Source: a virus. Taken from it: a DNA stretch of 63,683 nt. Shown here piece after piece: positions 33,071 to 41,900 of the stretch (positions within the stretch are counted from its first letter, which is position 1; every line of letters begins with the position of its first letter). The notes beneath the pieces were generated by a model, which did not search any database, was not told the origin of the DNA, and was given only the letters and a program-made list of their open reading frames with translations. The stretch lies in the IMG/VR virus record IMGVR_UViG_3300045988_129598; one strand, written 5' to 3'. The translations under genes were made by a program, and so were the position numbers.

Positions 33071-35881
33071 TTAAGATTTAGGTAAGTTATCGTTAAGAGC
33101 ACGAATAACAGTGCTTGCTGAGACACCTAAAAAACTGGCAATTTCATCATTTGTGTAGCCGTTTGCACTCAATCGTTTAGCTCTTGCAATTTTAGCAGCA
33201 GGCATGACCGAACTATTTCTCGGCATCGCATAGGATTTTACGACATCCATGTCTGCATTCTTTAGAATTTGGGTGAGTTTGTTGTGTGTAATTGCGCCAG
33301 CTTGAATGGCTTCCCATTCTTTTGGCGTAATCTTAATACGCGTTTTCTTTGCGCCTACTCGAAGACGCGCTTCTGTCAAAGATTGTCCTTTGATCTTCTT
33401 TACTTTATCGGCATCCTGCCTGTATTCAGGATTTGCATCCATCTTGGCTTTAAAGTTGTAATTGGCAAGAAGCTGGGCTTGACGTTCTAGTGGCGCGTTC
33501 TTTAGTGCTTCGTTGAGTTGGGCGTTAAGACTTGCTACTTCCTGAGCATAGGCTTGCTTTGCGGAGGGATTGTATTTTAAAGGCTTTACGCTCAAACTTT
33601 CTTTTCTAGCTTCATTTGCGAGTGCTTTCAATTTATTCGCATGTACTGCATACGCGCTTTCCATGACGGTTCCAGAAGATAAAGAAAAGGCGTCCTTCGT
33701 CTCGTACATCTTAGTGCTTTCGAGAGTCTTGGGCGTCTCTTTGTATATTGGTTTTCCATCTGCGTCGCGCTTGACTTCGCCAGTCTTTGTATTTTTAACT
33801 GGCTTGTTATACGTTTCTCCTGTTTCGGTGTAAAGCTTTTCGCCGGTTTCGGAATCGATGTAGATTTTCTTCTTCTTTCCGGTTTCTTTATCTTTTACAA
33901 CGATTCCGTCTTTGCGATCTGGCACTCGTTCTGTGCTACTCGCTTTTGAAAGTAATGTAGAAGCTCCCGATTTAGCTTTGCCTTGGTACTTAATCTTTAG
34001 CTCTGCGATGTCGTTATCTTTATACGACTGTTGATAATTCAGCTCGTGCTTTTTTGCATCAATAACGACCATTGAATGCCGAACAGCTCTAGCTAATTCA
34101 TCAGGAGTAGGGTTCTGAAGGCTCATATCTGTGATGAGATTGGTAATCATTCCCATCTCTCGTCCTTTTTCCTGATCTGTCATGACGTGCATTCCAGGAT
34201 ACTTAGGATAGGCTTCCTTAGGATCGAAATTTTTTAAGCCTTGCAGAGCAGGAGCGGTCTTCATTTTTCCGTCATTATTCGGAATGACCAGAACACTATC
34301 TCCATCAAAATCCGCGCCACTTAGCTTTTCTGCTGTCTTCGCGTTAATGACAACAGCGTCAATGGGATTGTTTCCTATGATCTTTCTGCCTGCACTCGAT
34401 TCGCTATTATTGACTACACATTCTGGAATCTCGAACCTTCCCGCATGTGGAAATCTGATTAAAACAACGCTCTCGCCATCATGAAAATTAGGCGCATAGA
34501 TCTCTTTTTCCGGAATGTCCGGAGATGGAAGAATGACCTGTGTTCTTTGTCTCGGTAAAGCGGCAGCCTTTAAGTGTACAGCGGCAGCATCACAATCGTC
34601 GGCAAAACTATCGAGCAACTGTTTCTTAACTGCGGGGTTCGTGGTAGCAAGAATATCTTTGAATTCTTCTGCCTTGGCATCATACGCGAGCCCAAGTTGT
34701 TTTTTAGCTAATGCGTATGTCTGTTTAGAAAGTACCTGCGACGAAAGGGATTTGCTCCATTCATTCCAGTTTCCTTCTTCATTGACAATATTAAGCGCCG
34801 ATAATTTCTCTTCTCCTGTTTTGGGATCGATATAATGCCGTTGAGCACGAACGAGCTGGTCATCCATTTTGATAGTTGCACCAAATGGATTTACCGGGTC
34901 CTTTTCCATCTTTTTGAAGACTTTTTCCGATTTATCTCTCGTTTTGTTTGTATTATAGATTATATCATAGCCATCGGGAATATCGTCTGAGTAGACAGCC
35001 ATGCCCTTCATATACTTATTTCCGTCAACAGCAATTCGAACCTGAGCATAATTAGCATTACCAAGAGAAATATCAGGCACTCCTCTGCGAAGCTCAATTA
35101 GGCCGTCTTTTTGGGCACCACCCGTTCCGTCATCATTTGTATAGTTCACATAGACTCGCTTGCTGTCAATAGAGACTGGCGGTTCAAGAGCTCTAGCTCT
35201 AGTACCATTATCCTCCATATAAAAATTTGTCGGGAGACTGATTTTTTCTTTGTTATCAACAAGTTCTTTATACCCGACATCATTTTTAGTTAGGACTTTG
35301 ATACTTGTTTTGTTATTCGTGCCCATCTGATCGACCTGAACGTATTGGATTTTATATCCTTGCTGCTCAAGTAGAGCGATGGCTGTTCGCATTCTTGTAG
35401 AGCTTACCGGCATAGCAAACTGATGCTCTGTTCCGCTGCCGACATCGATATATTTTTTCTCATCTACCGCAGCTTTAAGTTGGTCAGCCAGTGCGTTTGT
35501 CATGTTGTTCCGCTCTTTGAGATGCGGATCGAGCAATGCACGAACAGAACTTTCATTCTTACCCATGCGTTGGCCAATGGCGACATTGGAATATCCTTTT
35601 TCTTTCAACTTCCAAGCCATTGCCGATTCTTCTTTTCGGATTTCGGCTTTTGCAATGGATAGCTTGGCGCGAAGCTGACTGGTGGTCATTTCCATGCTAT
35701 CCGCGATCTGTTTCTCACTGAGTCCGTTTTTCCGCAACTTCGTAACATGCGAAACAAAGTTTCCGTTTCTCTGATAGGGATTCTCGCCAGATCCCCAAGG
35801 ATATCTTCCGCTATGTCGAGGGGTTCCGTAGTGTTCGAGCTCATCGGTTTCTTCTTGCCCAATAAGTTTTCGATCGTCCAT
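33071..35881 (-). CDS. two-barrel (YonO/RdRP-like) RNA polymerase candidate with N- and C-terminal HTH domains
   Basis: SGADFDGDSVLVIP (DFDGD codons 34298-34312) preceded by VVLIRFPHAGRFEIPECVV. Upstream YAQVRIAVDGNKYMKGMAVY (34994-35008 = KGMAV). HTH-like segments at both ends. ATG at 35881 follows GGAGGG. Confidence 0.6.
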   Translation of the reverse strand: MDDRKLIGQEETDELEHYGTPRHSGRYPWGSGENPYQRNGNFVSHVTKLRKNGLSEKQIADSMEMTTSQLRAKLSIAKAEIRKEESAMAWKLKEKGYSNVAIGQRMGKNESSVRALLDPHLKERNNMTNALADQLKAAVDEKKYIDVGSGTEHQFAMPVSSTRMRTAIALLEQQGYKIQYVQVDQMGTNNKTSIKVLTKNDVGYKELVDNKEKISLPTNFYMEDNGTRARALEPPVSIDSKRVYVNYTNDDGTGGAQKDGLIELRRGVPDISLGNANYAQVRIAVDGNKYMKGMAVYSDDIPDGYDIIYNTNKTRDKSEKVFKKMEKDPVNPFGATIKMDDQLVRAQRHYIDPKTGEEKLSALNIVNEEGNWNEWSKSLSSQVLSKQTYALAKKQLGLAYDAKAEEFKDILATTNPAVKKQLLDSFADDCDAAAVHLKAAALPRQRTQVILPSPDIPEKEIYAPNFHDGESVVLIRFPHAGRFEIPECVVNNSESSAGRKIIGNNPIDAVVINAKTAEKLSGADFDGDSVLVIPNNDGKMKTAPALQGLKNFDPKEAYPKYPGMHVMTDQEKGREMGMITNLITDMSLQNPTPDELARAVRHSMVVIDAKKHELNYQQSYKDNDIAELKIKYQGKAKSGASTLLSKASSTERVPDRKDGIVVKDKETGKKKKIYIDSETGEKLYTETGETYNKPVKNTKTGEVKRDADGKPIYKETPKTLESTKMYETKDAFSLSSGTVMESAYAVHANKLKALANEARKESLSVKPLKYNPSAKQAYAQEVASLNAQLNEALKNAPLERQAQLLANYNFKAKMDANPEYRQDADKVKKIKGQSLTEARLRVGAKKTRIKITPKEWEAIQAGAITHNKLTQILKNADMDVVKSYAMPRNSSVMPAAKIARAKRLSANGYTNDEIASFLGVSASTVIRALNDNLPKS

Positions 35882-35885
35882 AACT

Positions 35886-36533
35886 TTAACCCTCCATAAG
35901 TTGCTTCTGGACAAAATCGCTTGCGTATACGATCTGGTCCATTACTGATAGTATTCTGTCGGGCTCTGGTTGTAGAACCTGAACATCATTGTTTTGATAG
36001 ATCCGCAATTCGACTTGCGTATGCTCCGGGTGCGCATCTTCGATTTCGCCGTACTCCAAGAAGAACAGCGCAGCATATTGCTCAAGCTGCTTCATAGATA
36101 CAGGACTAAGACCTGTTTTGAGATCATGGATGCGAAGAATATCATTTTCAAACTTGATCGTATCTGCTGTTCCAAAAGCCACCGAACTGTAAGCCAGCAC
36201 AATTTCGGGGTCCATTCTTAGAGCAATGGCATCATTTACATAATTCATCAAATTCGGAAAAATATAATCGATGTCAATCGCTCGACGGGGAATCCGCTGA
36301 TCTCGAATTAAAGAAAACAACACGCCATTCTTTTCAGATTTAGTCAGCTTAATATGGGCTTGAATCCGATCCTTTGCATACAAATGGACGGCTGTTCCAA
36401 GTTCGGTTGCATAGTAGGCTTTCAGCTTGGCTGTCAGAATATCATTGAGATTATCTTTGTCTACCCAATGATAATTACTTGGGCTAATGATGGCATGTTT
36501 GCCTTCAATCGCCAAATGCTGCTTGTAATGCAC
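35886..36533 (-). CDS. PD-(D/E)xK-like nuclease (hypothetical)
   Basis: GTG at 36533 follows AGAGGAGG. The ILRIHDLKTG context resembles RecB/Cas4-type D-x-K cores. Assignment is weak. Confidence 0.45.
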   Translation of the reverse strand: MHYKQHLAIEGKHAIISPSNYHWVDKDNLNDILTAKLKAYYATELGTAVHLYAKDRIQAHIKLTKSEKNGVLFSLIRDQRIPRRAIDIDYIFPNLMNYVNDAIALRMDPEIVLAYSSVAFGTADTIKFENDILRIHDLKTGLSPVSMKQLEQYAALFFLEYGEIEDAHPEHTQVELRIYQNNDVQVLQPEPDRILSVMDQIVYASDFVQKQLMEG

Positions 36534-36801
36534 AAAGTACCTCCTCTTTGTTTTCGGGATAGATAAAACGAGCAAAGCTCAAATTATCCATTTTTGAAAC
36601 ATAATAGTCTTGGTTCGGTTGATGACCCGCTTTGGCATCTTTTTTGCATTCGAGAAGCGCCCACTTGTCGTTATAAAGAATAAGGAGATCGGGAAAGCCC
36701 TGAATATAAGTTGCATCAGTCTTCAGGACAACGCTTCCAGGGAACATGCTTTTCAGCTCTCGGATCAGACTGCTCTGAAACGCGCTCTCTTTGGGAGACA
36801 T
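36505..36801 (-). CDS. VRR-NUC-type nuclease
   Basis: ATG at 36801 follows AAAGGAGG. GFPDLLILYNDKWALLECKK gives the PD...E-x-K motif. The track's N-terminal extension covers the terminator. Confidence 0.6.
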   Translation of the reverse strand: MSPKESAFQSSLIRELKSMFPGSVVLKTDATYIQGFPDLLILYNDKWALLECKKDAKAGHQPNQDYYVSKMDNLSFARFIYPENKEEVLCALQAAFGD

Positions 36802-36817
36802 CCGATCTCCTCCTTTG

Positions 36818-36847
36818 CGAAAAATAAAAGGAGATGTTTCCATCTCC
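36818..36847 (-). terminator. intrinsic terminator inside the leader, upstream of the nuclease/packaging genes
   Basis: Minus strand GGAGATG-GAAA-CATCTCC followed by TTTTATTTTT, 17 nt before the RBS of gene 36505..36801. Confidence 0.65.
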
Positions 36848-36866
36848 AACGATAGAATATAAAAGT

Positions 36867-36910
36867 CGTATTCTATCTCCTCTATTATAGCATATGTTTT
36901 CTACGCGAGG
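36867..36910 (-). promoter_or_regulatory. extended promoter/leader element (copy of 10226..10269)
   Basis: Minus strand CCTCGCGTAGAAAACATATGC-TATAAT-AGAGGAGATAGAATACG, directly after the helicase stop. Followed by hairpin GATAGAATA/TATTCTATC (36851-36877). Confidence 0.55.
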
Positions 36911-36911
36911 G

Positions 36912-38189
36912 TTATGCTCCAACAAAAGCCTTTTCGTTAAAGTTCTTCTTCATTTTCAGCGTGTTGGCAATCGCTGTATCGATCTTGGCTCGGCTTCTCA
37001 AATGGTAATAGTACAGGTCTTTGTACGGGGTATTCATTCGGTCAATTCTTCCGGCTGCCTGAATCATAGTTTTATAGCTATAGTTCTGACTATAGAATAT
37101 CATTGTGTTCGTCTGCGTACAGTTCCATCCTTCCGCACCCGCAGTATATTGGACAAGATACGCCCATCTTTTTCCGAGAGGGATTTTCTCATGCTTGTGC
37201 CCATTCCATTCTCGAACTTCGACCTCATCGCTAAGGGTAGCCTTGAGTAATTCCAATTCATAGTCAAAGTTGTAAAATATAATGGCAGAGCCACGGGCGG
37301 ACAATATCTCCTGTACAGTATGTATCCGATCCATGTCTTCGTTGACCACTCTTCGAAGCAAATAGCAAAGGGCAGCGACCTCTTGGATTGGCTCGTTCTC
37401 ATACGGATTCCATCTCCTTTTTATAATCATGTTGTACTTCTGAATATCATACCCCGTATAAATTACTTCATGATGCTGGATGGTATTCCTCTCAAAAGGC
37501 ATTTCAACGATCAGTCGTTTGCGCAGTTGCTCAAGCCGCTTTGTTCCAACGTAACGATCAATCTGTGGATATTTGGCGAATCTCTTATAGATGATGTGCT
37601 CATTGATAAACTCCGTTCGATTCTTATAAAAGCCGTTAGCAATAAAAACTGGAATATAATCTGTCCAAGTATCACCGGGTGTAGCAGACAGCAAAATCCA
37701 AAAGTTCTTCTTAGCAATTTTGAGGAATGCTTTGACCCATGCGCCACTTCCAACAACTCGCTGTTCGTCAAATATGAAGAATGCGTCCTCGACATTGGCG
37801 TATTTCCCGATGTTGTTCCAGCTGTCTACGGTTACTTTTATGCCAGCTCTGCTCTCCTGAGGCAAAAAAGAAAGGCCGAAGAATCGGCACTCATCATCCC
37901 ACTCGTGCGTATCGCGCTTCCGAGCAGTAGTGATGATATACAGATCCTTCGGCTTTACCGGATGCTCAAGATTCTCGTCAAACCCGCAGCTTTTCCACAT
38001 AAAATATCCAAGAGAGGTCCTACTCTTTCCTGAACCTACGCCTCCGCAAAGAATACAGCCGTCTCTCAATTCCTCAATCGCTTTTTGCTGATGCGGATAT
38101 AAATCAGAATACGTCGTCATCTTCCTGATAATCGGCGTAGTCATCGTCAAAGGTGGTTCGTTCGGCTCTCTGAACCGCTTGGAACTCAT
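36912..38189 (-). CDS. SNF2/DEAD-box-like helicase
   Basis: Motif I CGGVGSGKS, motif II FFIFDEQ, motif III LLSATP, motif VI QAAGRIDR. Start uncertain because the ORF overlaps the SSB gene by 86 nt. Confidence 0.8.
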   Translation of the reverse strand: MSSKRFREPNEPPLTMTTPIIRKMTTYSDLYPHQQKAIEELRDGCILCGGVGSGKSRTSLGYFMWKSCGFDENLEHPVKPKDLYIITTARKRDTHEWDDECRFFGLSFLPQESRAGIKVTVDSWNNIGKYANVEDAFFIFDEQRVVGSGAWVKAFLKIAKKNFWILLSATPGDTWTDYIPVFIANGFYKNRTEFINEHIIYKRFAKYPQIDRYVGTKRLEQLRKRLIVEMPFERNTIQHHEVIYTGYDIQKYNMIIKRRWNPYENEPIQEVAALCYLLRRVVNEDMDRIHTVQEILSARGSAIIFYNFDYELELLKATLSDEVEVREWNGHKHEKIPLGKRWAYLVQYTAGAEGWNCTQTNTMIFYSQNYSYKTMIQAAGRIDRMNTPYKDLYYYHLRSRAKIDTAIANTLKMKKNFNEKAFVGA

Positions 38190-38664
38190 GCAGATATCCC
38201 TTCATGGTGTAACGATCCCCGTTGTAATTAAAGCTACCAATGCGAAGGTTAATCCGTTCAAGCCGAATAGCGTCTAGCTTACTTACCGTTTCAGCAGTCA
38301 GACGGCGACACACTTTCTTACCGTCAAGAGAGGAATAGAGCTTAATCGTCGGATCGCGACGTCCATCATCCGAAAACGATACGTTAATATTTGTCATGTA
38401 AGTCGGTTCTTCGCCTTCCTCGCGACCAGGCATAACACGGATGTTCCATCCATCAGCGCGAAGATCATCTGCCGCTTCCTTAGACAAAACTAGATTGAAT
38501 TGCGGTCTTCCAGCAAGACCGAAACGATCCGGTTCTCCCGCAAAATTCGTAAACATGATACAGGCATTCTTCACTACAACATTTGTATACGGTCTGCCTT
38601 GATACATACTATGTTCGATCTCGATTGTGCTCTCATTGACATTGTTGCCATTAAACGTTCTCAT
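38104..38664 (-). CDS. single-stranded DNA-binding protein (gp2.5/DUF2815-like)
   Basis: ATG at 38664 follows AAAGGAGAAG. Acidic C-terminal tail DDDYADYQEDDDVF ends in an aromatic residue, as in phage and bacterial SSBs. Confidence 0.55.
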   Translation of the reverse strand: MRTFNGNNVNESTIEIEHSMYQGRPYTNVVVKNACIMFTNFAGEPDRFGLAGRPQFNLVLSKEAADDLRADGWNIRVMPGREEGEEPTYMTNINVSFSDDGRRDPTIKLYSSLDGKKVCRRLTAETVSKLDAIRLERINLRIGSFNYNGDRYTMKGYLHEFQAVQRAERTTFDDDYADYQEDDDVF

Positions 38665-38911
38665 GCTTCTTCTCCTTTTCAAGCTCAAGGTACTTATTCA
38701 GATACCAGATTGCCTTTGAAATATCTTCTGTTCCGTTCTTCTTTTTATGACGGTAGAGGTACTTAAATGCATTACAGACGCAGAAACTTTGCACGGCATC
38801 GATACCCTGCGTCTCCGCCATAATATCAATGCACTCAAACTTCCCTGTCTTGTAGTGTTCGGGGTGGTTTACATGCTCTTTAGCTCGGGGCAAATCTGAA
38901 AGCTTATTCAT
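38651..38911 (-). CDS. DUF3310-like protein
   Basis: VNHPEHYKTGKFECIDIM...FCVCNAFKYLYRHKKKNG..DISKAIWYL matches the remembered DUF3310 pattern. ATG at 38911 follows GGAGGG. Confidence 0.6.
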   Translation of the reverse strand: MNKLSDLPRAKEHVNHPEHYKTGKFECIDIMAETQGIDAVQSFCVCNAFKYLYRHKKKNGTEDISKAIWYLNKYLELEKEKKHENV

Positions 38912-41900
38912 CCCTTGGCCCTCCGATGCTTTCTCCAAGGAACCATTCGATGTCACCAAATCTTGATAAGCTTGCAACTGCCTCATCGACCAGTTTTCGG
39001 TAATAGGATTCATCTACCGTGTCCTCCTTTTTCAGTTCCCGCAGAAATTCGGCTTCTCGCCATCTATAACCCTTGGTTCCCGTTACAGAATCAAACTTTT
39101 CGCCGGAATCCCTAACCAGTCTCGCACCGCCTGTTCCCGGAAGAACAGGACAGAATTGGCCACATTTACCGATGAATATCCGATTATGCTCGTCCTCTCC
39201 AAGATTCTCGTCAAAATCCAGATAGATAGCGGTCTTGACGCTCTTGGTCTGACAATAATCATTGAACACAATGGGTTCTTTCGAGAACAGGGTCTTGAAC
39301 ACATACGGTTCCGCAAACTGCTTACCGGTCGCCGTCCACTGTCCAGGCGCTTCAGGATCATCCTCAGCCAATTTAGCAATATAAACTGCATTATTGACCA
39401 AACAGATTTTCTCGAAGATGTGCTCAATCTCGAAATCGTACCCATACCGTTTACCGAAAGCGATAATCTCTTTCTGCAATTCCGGAGACGGATTAAGCAC
39501 TTTAATCGAATCGGTCTTGATATGGATAACTTCTCCGCCACGCTCATGAACATAATTCAACAGGTCGATCATGAACAACGCGCCGCGCTTGGCAACGATG
39601 TTATCGATATTGCGTGGATCGTGGAACGCATTGTCGAAGTGCGCAGCGGTCAAACCGTATACCGAATTGATCGCAATCTTGAGCGCCTGCGACAGCTGCT
39701 TAGCTTTGGCCGGGTCAGTCAAATACTTGGCCAGCTTTCCACCAAACATCTTTCCGGCCTTCTCGAAATCTTTATGTTTGATCGCGATTCGTGTATTAAG
39801 CAAGTCGTTGAATACCACGGTGTATTGGCCAAATAGATACTCGCTCGTAATACTATGCGGGTGCATACTGGCCACGTCAAATGTAATTGTTCGACCATAC
39901 ATTCCGGGTTTGGCCCATACGAATCCTCCTTCACCAGGGTCAAAGCCGCCATACGAGGATGTTGGTTTCTTCACAATATCAGGTTCTATGCTTTCAGGAT
40001 CGCGTCCATCCCAATTAAACCCTACGAGCTTATATAGTTCATGCCCTGAGCCTTTCTTGAAATCGTATCCTGGAAAATACGGAAGATCACTTTTTGCTTC
40101 GCCGAAAGGCTCCCTCATCATCTCAGAAAAGTTTGCTTTAAGAAAATCCTTTTCCGGAGAATCATCCGGCAGTTGAATAGGATCTGCCAGATTGCGATAA
40201 ACGAAAGAACTCTGAGGATTTTTAACATTTCCGAATATCAATCGGGCAGTCAGCTGATTTGTCGTGTCATTCACTGTTCCACCTGCGATATCTGCAAGGA
40301 TCTCTCTAGCCACGAAATCCGCCTGCCGAGCATTCCAAACAGCCTCCGTTGCAATAACGTCGTTGTCACAATACTCAGCAACCAACTGCCATTTGTCTTC
40401 GGGCACAGGCTGATCCCAAGGTAAGCCAAGCTCTTGATGGTGAATTCCAAGATCAATCTCGAATTTCTTCAAACTCTGCTTCGTGCTCGAAAAGTCATAG
40501 ACATCCGTGTAACTCACATTGTATGCTTGCCCAAACATCGCATTTCGATCGCCAGAAATGATTGCCTGACTGATATCATAAAGTTCTTCGATGCTCTTTC
40601 CGAGATATCTGGCATAAAGGATATGATTATCATATCGACGACAGTTAAAACCGATCAGCTTCTTTTGCATCAGTTCCCCAACATCTTGCGGACTTGGGTT
40701 AATCATCCGAACACATTTGCATTCTTTGCCCGGATACTTCCAGTTGACAAGGAAAAGATTCGGAAATACCTCGATATCAAAAAACACGAGCGGCTCTTCG
40801 GCGTAAGTGCCGGGCTCACTCGTGTCTTCACTCTTGTATTTCATTTTCATTGCAATCTTCGTGCATCGTTCGCTCTGATGCGTGCTTCCCGCAGCAAAGG
40901 CCAGGACAGCAGGTTTCATGTCGCTCACGTCGTAGGCCATCCCGCTTTCGTAAGCCTTATCGAGAATATCATTGATAAGACCAATCGAGGAAGCGGTCGA
41001 GCCTACGATTTCTTTACGAAGATGGCGGTTAATCAATCGCCTTAGTCCTTTTTCGCTTTTGACAGCTTTTTCATTGACCATTGGCTTCTCCTCTTTCAAC
41101 GGAAGTCCGCTCGTAATCGTGGCAATCGGAATATCATTGCACTTCGTTAGCCTACGTCGGCAGCTGCTCTTGCCTGTGAACACTTTGACTTCAATGTTCG
41201 GCGCATAAAGCCGTTGAAGCTGCTTCGGGTCGCCTCCCTCATAAATATAATGCAGATGAATGCCCGCTCCACCCTTACTGAACTCGGCATACGTTTTTGG
41301 CCACTTTGATGCCGCTTCGAGATTTCGCTCAACGGATTTCTCGCCTGAATCGTCTTTCAGGTCAAAGTCAATCACGATATGATTCTCAGGCAGCATGACA
41401 TAATGCAGCTTATCTGTGCAAATATCAGCCAGAGTTGTCGTCACCTTGTCCCATGCGATAAGCGGCGTGCCATCCTCAGTTGCGTATTGGGCAGGATAGT
41501 TCGCATAAATATCATCCAGCAAAGATTCGGTGCAATCGAGTTTCAGCCACGATCCTTTTTCCTTTGGCGCTTCCTCCTTGGCTTGCTCTTCCGGTCGAAA
41601 CTTCTTTCGGATAAACCCTGAATAATATTTCCGTACTTGCTTTCCATCGATACGCTCCATGTCGGCATAATGCTCGAAATAGTTCTTCAGCTCCTCTCGA
41701 AATTTGTACATCGGCAGCTTGGCTTCGGTTCCACTATCTTCGCAATATTCCTTGTACATCGCATAGGCAATTTTCAGAGTCGTGCAATCCTGCTTATCGA
41801 AGATATCATACTTATCCTCGACAAAGTTGAAGAAGAAGTCGGTCTTGTACATCATGTCCATCGGCCGATAGGCATTGTAATAGTCTTTTCCCATCTCCTT

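Noticed and set aside
36802-36849. The N-terminal extension MEMETSPFIFRKGGDR of the VRR-NUC ORF.
   Set aside because: It is the translated terminator hairpin and T-run. The ATG at 36801 has a proper AAAGGAGG RBS.
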